Counted from the first letter of the stretch, positions 1-8,785 are shown. The stretch is 64,000 bases of DNA from SAR202 cluster bacterium (GCA_009392005.1 VFHL01000003.1:17221-81220); one strand, 5' to 3'. The notes: generated by a model from the sequence alone, not told the origin. Program-made: numbers and translations.

Positions 1-300
1 GCTGCGCATCTTTAACGTTTTCCCAATTGAAGCACAACAATAGTAGCGGCAAAACCTCTAGTTATTCCTATAAACACTCCATAAAAAACCTATGAAGTTT
101 CCAAATCTAGAAAAGATGCCCTATTTCACCGAACCAGATATCGCTGGCGGCAGGATTCCCACCATCATCAAGCCAACCACAGATCTTCCAACGATTATCT
201 TTTATCGCTCATTAGCCATACGGCAACTCGTACTAATATTTAAATGATCAAACAGACCTTTAAATATGGGAGAGTGAGATAGCAATTGAAGCAACTGTCT

Positions 301-347
301 CAGAAACAAAAAACGAGTCCTACGGATATAAGCCGTAGGACTCGTTT
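301..347 (-). terminator. Rho-independent terminator downstream of the 378..1628 acyl-CoA dehydrogenase gene
   Basis: Perfect 15-bp inverted repeat aaacgagtcctacgg (311-325) / ccgtaggactcgttt (333-347) with a 7-nt loop. On the minus strand the stem runs into a T-rich tract (complement of 301-313). Confidence 0.75.
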
Positions 348-377
348 AATCCAATGAAATTAAGCGATATTTAGATT

Positions 378-1628
378 CTACTGTTTGCCTGCGGTTGATG
401 GAGTTGTTGCAGCCCGTTCTTTGGTTCGGCTGACACCAAGTCGCCGTGCAACAATAACCTTTTGCACTTCAATAGTTCCACCTGGATGTGCCCACACCAA
501 CGAGTCACGCTGGAAATGTTCCAGTTCACCATCGAATTTCACCTTTGGATCATCTAAATCAACCAACGCTTCTAACCCAAGAACATCACGAGTTGCATCC
601 GCTATACGCAGCACCGACTCCTTACGCCACAACATCGCCTGTGATCCGTGATAACTCATCTCTTGTTTTGATTCATACATCCAATAGTTACGCAGGCCAA
701 AAAGCCTTCCTATCTCACTATCAATGTATGCATCCATCATAGTCTGTTGGTAATGTGGATCCTTTGCCCTTCCGGTCTCGCTCGCGAGTTCCAAGAACCG
801 CAAAGTAGGGTGATCTCTTTGCACAATTTGACCGCCACCACCGTGTTCAAGCTCTAAACTTGTTTGGGCAACTTGCCAACCTTGACCTTCGCCGCCAATC
901 AATCGATCATTAGGTACTCGGACGTTATCGAGATAAATTTGGAGTTTGCCCCAGTCAGCGAGCAAATCCAAAGTCTGGTAGGTCACACCAGGTGCATCCC
1001 CTGGTATCATAAAATAACCCATGTTCCGATGTCGCGGGGCATCTGGATCAGTGATTGCCAAAGTGAACATCTCATCAACTTCTTCATCTATCTCAGGTTC
1101 AGAGTCTGGCCCATTCTTATAACCATGATGAGTGCCAACGAATACCTTCTCACCGTTAATAACCCAATCATCTCCGTCCTTAACTGCACGTGTCTTAAGG
1201 GATGCCAAATCAGAACCCGCTCCTGGTTCAGTAAACAGTTGGTACAAGTCTCTTTTCCCTTCAAGGGTGGGAGTAACAAATCGCTGCTTCTGATCTTCAT
1301 CACCCCAGACCATCACAGCTGCAGGCATTAACTCGCTGGGCCGGAACCCCGGTAGCCTTCGCTTAGATACTTCCTCTTGAATGATCACATCGTGTTCAGC
1401 AGTGAGTCCACCACCACCATATTCCTTCGGCCAGGTAGGGAAGAGCCAGCCCTTTTCGCCAAATTTTTGGCGAAATTCTTTGGCCCAACGAAATGTCTCT
1501 TTGTCCATATGAGCTGCATCACTAGCGAAGTGTGGCTTCATTCCTTCGGGCACGTTCGCGTCAAGCCAATCATTCACTTCTTTGCGAAACAACTCTTGAT
1601 CACTCGTATACCGATACTCAAAATCCAT
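378..1628 (-). CDS. Acyl-CoA dehydrogenase family protein (paralog 1 of a tandem pair)
   Basis: 416-aa ORF. ACAD hallmarks: TEPGAGSDLASLKTRA, DGDDWVINGEKVF, and C-terminal GGTIEVQKVIVARRLG containing the catalytic-base Glu region. AGGAGG RBS upstream on the minus strand. Confidence 0.9.
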   Translation of the reverse strand: MDFEYRYTSDQELFRKEVNDWLDANVPEGMKPHFASDAAHMDKETFRWAKEFRQKFGEKGWLFPTWPKEYGGGGLTAEHDVIIQEEVSKRRLPGFRPSELMPAAVMVWGDEDQKQRFVTPTLEGKRDLYQLFTEPGAGSDLASLKTRAVKDGDDWVINGEKVFVGTHHGYKNGPDSEPEIDEEVDEMFTLAITDPDAPRHRNMGYFMIPGDAPGVTYQTLDLLADWGKLQIYLDNVRVPNDRLIGGEGQGWQVAQTSLELEHGGGGQIVQRDHPTLRFLELASETGRAKDPHYQQTMMDAYIDSEIGRLFGLRNYWMYESKQEMSYHGSQAMLWRKESVLRIADATRDVLGLEALVDLDDPKVKFDGELEHFQRDSLVWAHPGGTIEVQKVIVARRLGVSRTKERAATTPSTAGKQ

Positions 1629-1694
1629 TCTGCCTACCTCCTGTTAATCCAAAAGGACAAATCTATATGGTGCTTATCAAATACTCGAAGTTCT

Positions 1695-2948
1695 TTAAGA
1701 TTGTTTCCCAGACGTGGCCGGCGTCACAGCCGCGCGTTCTTTCGTCCGACTGACGCCGAGACGTCGAGCAACAATCACTTTCTGAACTTCAATCGTTCCA
1801 CCCGGATGGGCGCGGACTAAGCTTTCTCGCTGATAATTTTCCAATTCTCCCCAGTAGCGAACCTTCGGATCGTCGACATCAATCAAAGTTTCAAGACCGA
1901 GTACGTCACGCATGTTGTCAGCAATTCGTAACATCGACTCTTTCCGCCACAAAGAATTCTGTGATCCCTCGTAACTCATCTCTTGCTTGGATTCATACAT
2001 CCAATAATTGCGAAGACCAATAAGACGACCAATCTCAGTATCAATGAACGCATCCATTAACGCCTGCTGATCATGAGGGTCACGAATCTTGCCGGTCTCT
2101 TTAGCTAATTCTATAAATCTCTCTGTAGCATGCTCGCGCGGAACCACCTGTCCGCCACCGCCATGCTCTAACTCCAAGCTCGTCTGAGCAACCTGCCAAC
2201 CTTGCCCCTCTCCACCAATTAAACGCTCATTCGGTACACGAACATTATCAAGATAAATCTGTAACTTCCCCCAGTCAGCAAGAAGATCCAACTGTTGGAA
2301 CGTCACACCTGGTGCGTCGCCAGGAACAATGAAATAACCCATGTTTCGATGCCGAGGAGCATCCGGGTCCGTGATTGCTAAAGTAAACATCTCGTCAACT
2401 TGATCTTTAATTTCTAAATCTGCAGGGGGATTATTGCGGTAGCCTCGATGGTCGCCAACAAACACTTTCTCGCCAGTTATAACCCAATCATCCCCATCTT
2501 TCACTGCACGAGTTTTGAGTGATGCCAAATCTGAACCCGCACCCGGCTCAGTGAACAATTGGAACAACTCCGTCTGGCCCTTGAGAACGGGCTTCAACAA
2601 TTTTTCTTTCTGCTCATCAGTGCCCCAAACCATCACCGCTGCAGGCATCAACTCACCGGGCGCGAACCCAGGCAAACGCCTCTTGCCAACTTCTTCTTGA
2701 ATCACAACATCATGTTCTGCGGACAATCCTCCGCCTCCATACTCGACCGGCCATGTGGGGAACAGCCAACCTTTTTCACCCATTTTCTGACGAAGTTCGC
2801 TCGACCATTCATACGCATCCTTGTCAACGTGGGAATTATCCAGGGTGAAATACGGACGGCGCTCGTCAGGTATATTTTCATCCAACCAAGCCGAGACTTC
2901 GTTTCGAAACGCATCTTGCTCCGAAGTGTAATGATATTCAAAATCCAT
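1695..2948 (-). CDS. Acyl-CoA dehydrogenase family protein (paralog 2 of a tandem pair)
   Basis: 417-aa ORF, collinear with the 378..1628 product and roughly three-quarters identical to it by eye. Same ACAD motifs. Confidence 0.9.
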   Translation of the reverse strand: MDFEYHYTSEQDAFRNEVSAWLDENIPDERRPYFTLDNSHVDKDAYEWSSELRQKMGEKGWLFPTWPVEYGGGGLSAEHDVVIQEEVGKRRLPGFAPGELMPAAVMVWGTDEQKEKLLKPVLKGQTELFQLFTEPGAGSDLASLKTRAVKDGDDWVITGEKVFVGDHRGYRNNPPADLEIKDQVDEMFTLAITDPDAPRHRNMGYFIVPGDAPGVTFQQLDLLADWGKLQIYLDNVRVPNERLIGGEGQGWQVAQTSLELEHGGGGQVVPREHATERFIELAKETGKIRDPHDQQALMDAFIDTEIGRLIGLRNYWMYESKQEMSYEGSQNSLWRKESMLRIADNMRDVLGLETLIDVDDPKVRYWGELENYQRESLVRAHPGGTIEVQKVIVARRLGVSRTKERAAVTPATSGKQS

Positions 2949-3206
2949 TGAATGCCTCCTTATTTCACAACCTAGCTATTCATTTAATCCTTCTTTACCA
3001 GGCTCATCCCGCGGGTGAGCAAACAAGATAATCAGGTCTACTACCTTTGGAGAAACTACGCCCACTAGTACCCACATTAAATTCTAGTTGATGAGACTAT
3101 ATATCGTCAATTAATTCGTAACCAGTCACCATATAATTTTGCGCGGAAATATGCTGAAGAAACTTCACGCAAATCCATCATTCCGTTACAATCTCTATCT
3201 AAGCCA

Positions 3207-3767
3207 ATGCAAATCGGATTAATATCAGATACACATATAACCGGAGCAGAGCAAAATTTACCGGAACCAATCCTTCGCGCTTTTAGCCGTGTGGACCTTA
3301 TATTGCACTGCGGAGATTTAGAATCACTTTCTGTTTTAGACGAGATAGAAAAAATCGCACCAGTGAAAGCCGTGAGAGGCCACACAGATCCATTTGAAGA
3401 TAGCGACCGGCTTCAAGACGGAACGCGCATCGTCACGATCGAAAATATTAACATCGGTATGATCCATGATTTAGAGTGGCCGAATCCAGGGATTCCATAC
3501 CGAGACAACCAGCTTGTTTTTCCAGATACAGGCCTTGAACAACTTCTTTACAAAAAGTTTGGGCAACTCGTTGATATTGTAGTTTTTGGTGATACTCACG
3601 AAGAGATGATACAACGAGAAAAAGACGTGTTATTTATCAATCCAGGAAGCCCAACGCGTCCAAGCATTAGGCGTTTAGGCCACACTTTTGGTACAGTCGT
3701 CGTCATGGATATCACTTCGGACACATGTTCTGTTGAAATAGTTGATCTGGAAAGAATAGAAGCCTAA
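3207..3767 (+). CDS. Metallophosphoesterase, YfcE/MJ0936 family
   Basis: 186-aa ORF with MQIGLISDTHI (DxH), LHCGD (GD), VFGDTHE (GNH/GDTH-type) and INPGS motifs typical of small calcineurin-like phosphoesterases. Confidence 0.8.
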   Translation: MQIGLISDTHITGAEQNLPEPILRAFSRVDLILHCGDLESLSVLDEIEKIAPVKAVRGHTDPFEDSDRLQDGTRIVTIENINIGMIHDLEWPNPGIPYRDNQLVFPDTGLEQLLYKKFGQLVDIVVFGDTHEEMIQREKDVLFINPGSPTRPSIRRLGHTFGTVVVMDITSDTCSVEIVDLERIEA

Positions 3768-3810
3768 AAATTGCGTATCTCTGGTTGAACTAATACGGAG
3801 GCGGTGAAAT

Positions 3811-4461
3811 ATGACGAACGAGAATAGCGACAGTCGTACGGTCCCTGTTGTTGTATGGTACGACTACATATGACCTTGGTGTTATATCGGCCTGGCCAGG
3901 CTCGACAAGCTCAAAGAAGATTTCACTCTGGAGATTGATTACAAAACCTTCTACCTCCGGCCCGATATCCCGCCGGAAGGACGAGTACGGGATTTTAAGG
4001 ATGGTGAAAAGGCTGGTGATCCCGTAGGTGGGCGAATGGCTGAAGCCGCTGCTGACGCAGGGGTTATTATGCGCCGCGCACCACTCACACCAAATAGCCG
4101 CTTTTCATTCGAGGCTTCAGAATACGCAAAAGATAAAGGGATTTTCGAACCGTTCCATACCCTTTGTTACAAATCATTCTGGGAGGATGGCGCTAACTTG
4201 GGCGAAATCTCGGTTCTCCAAGATATTGGGAAAGCAGTGGGATTGGACCCCGATGAATTAAAAAAAGAAATCGATCGTGGCACATATACTGCACGAGCGC
4301 AATCCCAGTACGAAGAAGCGACCAAACTTGGAGTCCAAGGAATTCCATCCTTTGTGATTGGACGGTATTTCTTTTCAGGGGCACAACCATACGAATTGTT
4401 CAAAGAAGTAGCTGAACGTGTGCTTAAGGAACAAGCAGGCCAAGTAGACGAAACAAACTGA
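3811..4461 (+). CDS. DsbA/FrnE-like thiol:disulfide oxidoreductase, candidate selenoprotein (in-frame UGA at 3871..3873 read as Sec; U-P-W-C redox motif)
   Basis: ATG at 3811 lies 9 nt after a GGAGG RBS (3797-3801). It is in the same frame as the 4036..4461 ORF-track entry, and the only stop between them is TGA 3871-3873. My translation is MTNENSDSRTVPVVVWYDYI-[TGA]-PWCYIGLARLDKLKEDFTLEIDYKTFYLRPDIPPEG...GGRMAEAAADAG... The TGA sits where DsbA/FrnE family proteins have the first Cys of CPWC. The C-terminal part (GIQGIPSFVIGRYFFSGAQPYELF) is typical DsbA-FrnE. Confidence 0.7.
3887..3905 (+). promoter_or_regulatory. Candidate bacterial SECIS-like hairpin downstream of the in-frame UGA
   Basis: UCGGCCU [GGCC] AGGC(U)CGA forms 7 bp with one bulged U and a G-containing tetraloop. 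The stem starts 16 nt after the U of UGA, and the loop G residues are at about +24/+25. Folded by eye only. Confidence 0.45.
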
Positions 4462-4651
4462 CAATCACCTGAAAAAAGACTCCGTAATATCGCCAGACCA
4501 ATTCAAGAAACAACACGCTAAACCACAGGCGTGTGGATACAGGAAGTCTTGTCAAAAGATACGTAAACGCAATGGGACTCCTCCAATTAGGGTAGATCTA
4601 GACATGTAGGCAAAAACTACCTACAATAAGGCCACAATAAATAGACATAAG

Positions 4652-4747
4652 GTCTTGCGGGAGTCGGGAAAAACCGGCTGAGAGGGCATTCACAAAGTGG
4701 CCGACCGCTGAAACCTGCTCTGGTTCACTCCAGCGAAGGGAAAGGCT
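4652..4747 (+). promoter_or_regulatory. TPP (THI-box) riboswitch aptamer
   Basis: Conserved blocks gcgggagtcgg...ccggCTGAGAgg...gACCgCTGAAACCTGcTCTGGttcacTCCAGCGaAGGGAAa match the THI element consensus (CUGAGA and ACCUGAUCUGGAUAAUGCCAGCGUAGGGAA). It lies directly upstream of a thiamine ABC importer. Confidence 0.9.
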
Positions 4748-4762
4748 CAATGAAACGGATCA

Positions 4763-4803
4763 AAAGCGGCACTTCTATGAAGATTGCCGCTTTCTATTTT
4801 CTT
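4763..4803 (+). terminator. Intrinsic terminator, probable expression platform of the TPP riboswitch
   Basis: aaagcggca (4763-4771) / tgccgcttt (4785-4793) stem followed by ctattttctt. It sits between the aptamer and the thiB start. Confidence 0.7.
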
Positions 4804-4850
4804 CAATCTAAGAAACACCCAAGCACAAGCAGTGGATTTGAGGAGTCGTA

Positions 4851-5918
4851 ATGAATCGCACTATTCATGCATTTTTGCTAGCAACCATATTGATACTAGT
4901 CTGTGTCGCATGTCTGAATACAACACCGGAAGCAACAACTGAACCCGAACAGCTAACCATAATAACTCACGACAGTTTTGACGTCGGTGAGGATGTTATT
5001 CAAGAATTTGAGGCACAATTTAATGCAAAAATTAACATCCTCAAAGCCGGCGACGCAGGTGAAGTACTCAACAAATCGATCTTGAGTAAAGGGAATCCCC
5101 TCGGAGACGTGTTATACGGAATCGACAATACTTTCCTAACTCGCGCACTAGACGAACAAATTTTCCTGCCATACCAATCGCCTGCACTTTCAAATGTCCC
5201 GGCTCAATATCATGTTGATGCTACACACCGCGTGATGCCAATCGATTATGGATTCGTCGCGATAAATTATGACAAAAAATGGATGCAAGAACAAAATTTG
5301 ACCCCTCCCCAAAATCTACAAGAACTAGCCAGCGACAAGTGGTCTGGTAAGCTCGTCGTACAGAACCCCGCAACCTCTTCGCCTGGGCTTGCGTTCTTGC
5401 TGACAACCGTTGCACACTTCGGTGAGACAGGAACCTATACATATCTTGATTATTGGCGAGATCTGAAGGACAACCAAACACTGATAAAGAACGGCTGGAG
5501 TGATGCTTATTACGGGGATTTCACGCTGTATGGCGGTGATCGCCCTTTAGTTGTAAGTTACACGACGAGCCCAGCTGCAGAAGTGTTTTACTCAGAGGGA
5601 GTACATTCTGAACCCCCAACCGGCAATGTCTTGGGCCCCAAAACAGCTTTCCTCCAAATTGAGGGGGCGGGCATCCTCCTGGGTACAAACCACGTTGAGC
5701 TTGCGCAACATTTTATTGATTTTGCGATGGGCGTAACTTTCCAACAAGACTTTCCGACAAGAATGTGGGTTTTCCCTGTAAACCCGGAAGCAGTACTTGA
5801 TAGAACGTTCGCTGAATTTGCTGAAATCCCTTCAAACCCGGCGACGCTTGATCCACATGTCATATCAAAGAATCGCGCAAAATGGATAGATGAATGGGCT
5901 AAGATCATGTTGCGGTAA
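4851..5918 (+). CDS. thiB: Thiamine/TPP ABC transporter substrate-binding protein (TbpA/ThiB), probable lipoprotein
   Basis: 355 aa, collinear with E. coli TbpA as I recall it (DSF, DVLYGIDN, IDYGFVAINYDK, NPATSSPGLAFLL, GWSDAYY, VVSYTTSPA). N-terminal signal with Cys-containing lipobox-like LVCVAC. GAGGAG RBS. TPP riboswitch upstream. Confidence 0.9.
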   Translation: MNRTIHAFLLATILILVCVACLNTTPEATTEPEQLTIITHDSFDVGEDVIQEFEAQFNAKINILKAGDAGEVLNKSILSKGNPLGDVLYGIDNTFLTRALDEQIFLPYQSPALSNVPAQYHVDATHRVMPIDYGFVAINYDKKWMQEQNLTPPQNLQELASDKWSGKLVVQNPATSSPGLAFLLTTVAHFGETGTYTYLDYWRDLKDNQTLIKNGWSDAYYGDFTLYGGDRPLVVSYTTSPAAEVFYSEGVHSEPPTGNVLGPKTAFLQIEGAGILLGTNHVELAQHFIDFAMGVTFQQDFPTRMWVFPVNPEAVLDRTFAEFAEIPSNPATLDPHVISKNRAKWIDEWAKIMLR

Positions 5919-5932
5919 GGGACTATGTAAAA

Positions 5933-7594
5933 ATGAAACCCACCCTATCCGGCGCAGTGAAAGCTCTTCCTTTTGCTTTTTTAAGTGTTCTCTTCGCCTA
6001 TCCACTAATCATGATCTTGGTCAAAAGCCTCACACATGGCGGCAGTAATCCCATTGAACCCTTCGGTATTTTGCTGTCGGATTCCTTCTATTTACAGAGG
6101 ATCTGGTTCACGTTTTGGCAAGCGGCAGTCTCTACCATCCTCACCCTTGCTGTTGGGCTACCATCAGCTTTTGTATTTGCAAAGTATCAATTTCCTGGTA
6201 AACGCCTATTGCTCTCTTTAACCACTATCCCTTTCGTCATGCCGCCGATTGTCATGGCTCTAGGTTTCATTGCCCTAATTGGCCCATCGGGGGTATTGAA
6301 TGCATTCTTGTCATCGACCTTTGAATTAGAACGACCCCCGATCGGTATTTTGAACACCGTAGCGGTCGTTTTGATTGCTCACGTTGTATATGAATTCACC
6401 ATTGTTGTACGTATTGTCTCAACAGCTTGGGAACGGCTTGATTACCGTTTACAAGAATCTGCACGAGTCTTGGGTGCAGGTCCATGGGCTACTTTCCGCT
6501 TAGTAACGCTACCACTCTTGTTCCCATCCATTATCGCTGCCGCAACTCTCGTATTCATGTTCACGTTTACAAGCTTTGGAGTTGTTTTGATTTTGGGTGG
6601 AAGTCAAAACAGTACGATAGAAGTCACAATTTACACGTTAACAGCCCAACTATTTCAACTACCGCTCGCGGCAACCCTGGCAATTTTTCAAACCCTCATG
6701 ACGTTCCTCATCATGACATCCTATGCCTGGCTCCAAGAAACGAAAATAGTACAGATAGGATTCCAACCTCACCAAAAAGAGGAAAGGAGTAATGAGGAAA
6801 AGAGGAGGCGACTGTTCCTCGGGTCTAATATGATCCTAGTGTTGATCATACTTTCTCCAATGTTAGCGCTCATCGCAAAAACGTTCATAGATGAAAACGG
6901 GCTCAATTTTACTTACATAATGTCTATTTTTTCAAATACACAGAATTCGTTTTTCTTTGTCTCACCCTTAAAGGCAATCATGAATTCTGTAATCTTCGCG
7001 ATCGCAACTGTGACGTTATCGATACCTTTAGGATTAGCGTCAGCATATGCAATCGGCCAACGTCGAGTGTGGTGGAAAAACCCCCTTGACGGCCTATTGA
7101 TGTTGCCTCTTGGTGTATCCGCTGTAACTCTCAGTTTTGGTTTCCTCGTAACATTCAATCGCGCCCCGTTTGATCTTCGAGGAACTTGGGCCATCATTGT
7201 TTTAGCGCATGTTTTAATCGCATATCCTTTCATCTTGCGGATTTTGTTGCCAGCCCTGAGAGCAATGAATCCAGCTTTGCGAGACACCGCCCGAGTTTTA
7301 GGAGCATCACCCGCACAAGTATTCCGGAAAATCGACTTGCCAATTTTGTCAGGTGGATTGGTAATAGGCGCTTCGTTTGCCTTCGCGATTTCTCTGGGGG
7401 AATTTGGCGCATCTCTACTTTTGAATCGACCAGAGCTCACAACCATTCCCGTTGTAATTTTTCGCTTTTTCGGACAACCCGGGCAAGAAAATCTTGGACA
7501 AGCATTAGCGATGAGCACCCTGCTGATGGGTATGTGCGCCATTTCATTCTTTGTTATTGAAAGGACCCGCGGTGAAGACCGATGGACTTTTTAA
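5933..7594 (+). CDS. thiP: Thiamine ABC transporter permease (duplicated two-module ThiP type)
   Basis: 553-aa polytopic membrane protein with two ABC-permease EAA-type loops (ESARVLGAGPWATFRLVTLP and DTARVLGASPAQVFRKIDLP). Confidence 0.85.
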   Translation: MKPTLSGAVKALPFAFLSVLFAYPLIMILVKSLTHGGSNPIEPFGILLSDSFYLQRIWFTFWQAAVSTILTLAVGLPSAFVFAKYQFPGKRLLLSLTTIPFVMPPIVMALGFIALIGPSGVLNAFLSSTFELERPPIGILNTVAVVLIAHVVYEFTIVVRIVSTAWERLDYRLQESARVLGAGPWATFRLVTLPLLFPSIIAAATLVFMFTFTSFGVVLILGGSQNSTIEVTIYTLTAQLFQLPLAATLAIFQTLMTFLIMTSYAWLQETKIVQIGFQPHQKEERSNEEKRRRLFLGSNMILVLIILSPMLALIAKTFIDENGLNFTYIMSIFSNTQNSFFFVSPLKAIMNSVIFAIATVTLSIPLGLASAYAIGQRRVWWKNPLDGLLMLPLGVSAVTLSFGFLVTFNRAPFDLRGTWAIIVLAHVLIAYPFILRILLPALRAMNPALRDTARVLGASPAQVFRKIDLPILSGGLVIGASFAFAISLGEFGASLLLNRPELTTIPVVIFRFFGQPGQENLGQALAMSTLLMGMCAISFFVIERTRGEDRWTF

Positions 7595-7678
7595 GGCTAC
7601 AAGTAACATTTTGGGGGCTCTAAAATTGCTGCTCAAATCTTGCCTCTCACAAACCTCCAAAAGGAGCCAATTAAAGAA

Positions 7679-8785
7679 ATGACTCCTGATGACAGAGACC
7701 AAAATCTAGAACCTTTTCTTGAAATCACAAATATCTCAAAAAGATATGGTGATAAAACGGCGGTAGATCAAGTCAATATTCATATTCACCGTGGTGAAAT
7801 CATATCGCTACTTGGACCAAGCGGTTGTGGCAAATCCACGTTGTTAAAAATCATTGCAGGGCTCGAAGAATTCGATTCTGGAACAGTGTCTCTCACAAAC
7901 CAATCCCTGGAAGGAGTTGCCCCAGAGGATCGCAATTTCGGCTTAATGCCTCAAGATTTAGTCCTGTTCCCCCACCTAAATGTCTGGGACAACATAGCCT
8001 TTGGCTTACGAATGCAACGCCAGTCGCAAATCAATATCCAATCACGGGTTAATGATCTACTAACCCTCGTGGGATTACCGGACCAAGGTGAACGTAACGT
8101 CCAGGAGCTATCCGGCGGAGAACAACAACGTGTCGCTCTGGCACGGTCGCTAGCACCGGAACCAAAACTATTGATGCTAGATGAGCCTATGGGAGCATTA
8201 GATCGCCGATTGCGTGAAGATCTTTATTTGCATGTAAAAGCAATCCTCAAAGAAGTAGGGGTAACTGCAATCTATGTGACACACGATCATGACGAAGCTT
8301 TCGCAGTATCGGATCGAGCAGTTGTGATGCAAAACGGGAAGTTCATACAAATAGGGACACCAGAAAAGTTGTACACAACCCCTTCAAACGCATTTATTGC
8401 AAATTTCTTAGGGTTCCGGAACATCTTCCCGGCAACGATCACCTCACAACCTCACTCAAGCAACCTAAAAACACCAATCGGCATATTTGAGGTCGCCCCA
8501 AATCAAGTGCCCAGAGCATTTGAAGAAAATGAAGCGACCCTGTTAGTCCCGAACCAATCGATTACAATACAAAATGCAGACAAGCTAACTACCGCAACAA
8601 AAACAATCTCCGGAGTAATCGAATCAAAAATCTTCCAACAGGGATATTACCGTATACAGGTGAAGGTGCGCACCGAAACGCTACATCTGTCAGTACCAAT
8701 GACAACGGATTCGGTCCAATTAGCCCTTGGCAACACGCTAAATCTGGAAATTGACCCCACAAAAATAATGGTCCTGGCTAAGTAG
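7679..8785 (+). CDS. thiQ: ABC transporter ATP-binding protein of the thiamine importer, with C-terminal TOBE-like domain
   Basis: Walker A GPSGCGKST, signature LSGGEQQRV, Walker B LLMLDEP, H-loop VTHD. I prefer ATG 7679, preceded by AAGGAG, over the track's TTG 7640. It is longer than E. coli ThiQ because of a PotA/FbpC-like C-terminal domain. Confidence 0.85.
   Translation: MTPDDRDQNLEPFLEITNISKRYGDKTAVDQVNIHIHRGEIISLLGPSGCGKSTLLKIIAGLEEFDSGTVSLTNQSLEGVAPEDRNFGLMPQDLVLFPHLNVWDNIAFGLRMQRQSQINIQSRVNDLLTLVGLPDQGERNVQELSGGEQQRVALARSLAPEPKLLMLDEPMGALDRRLREDLYLHVKAILKEVGVTAIYVTHDHDEAFAVSDRAVVMQNGKFIQIGTPEKLYTTPSNAFIANFLGFRNIFPATITSQPHSSNLKTPIGIFEVAPNQVPRAFEENEATLLVPNQSITIQNADKLTTATKTISGVIESKIFQQGYYRIQVKVRTETLHLSVPMTTDSVQLALGNTLNLEIDPTKIMVLAK

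Noticed and set aside
92-250. 52-aa plus-strand ORF (MKFPNLEKMPYFTEPDIAGGRIPTIIKPTTDLPTIIFYRSLAIRQLVLIFK) at the left edge of the window
   Set aside because: No RBS, no recognisable motif, and it sits in a region I otherwise read as non-coding. Evidence is insufficient to call a gene.
3871-3873. Alternative readings of the in-frame TGA in the DsbA-like gene: pseudogene or nonsense mutation, sequencing error, or genome-wide TGA reassignment (Trp/Gly codes)
   Set aside because: Reassignment is rejected because TGA clearly terminates conserved genes here (atpC 17772-17774, gnd 19980-19982). A random nonsense mutation is disfavoured for three reasons: the codon falls exactly on the redox Cys, there are no other lesions, and a hairpin follows it. 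Pseudogene or sequencing error cannot be fully excluded without reads and sel genes, so the Sec call is given 0.7 rather than higher.
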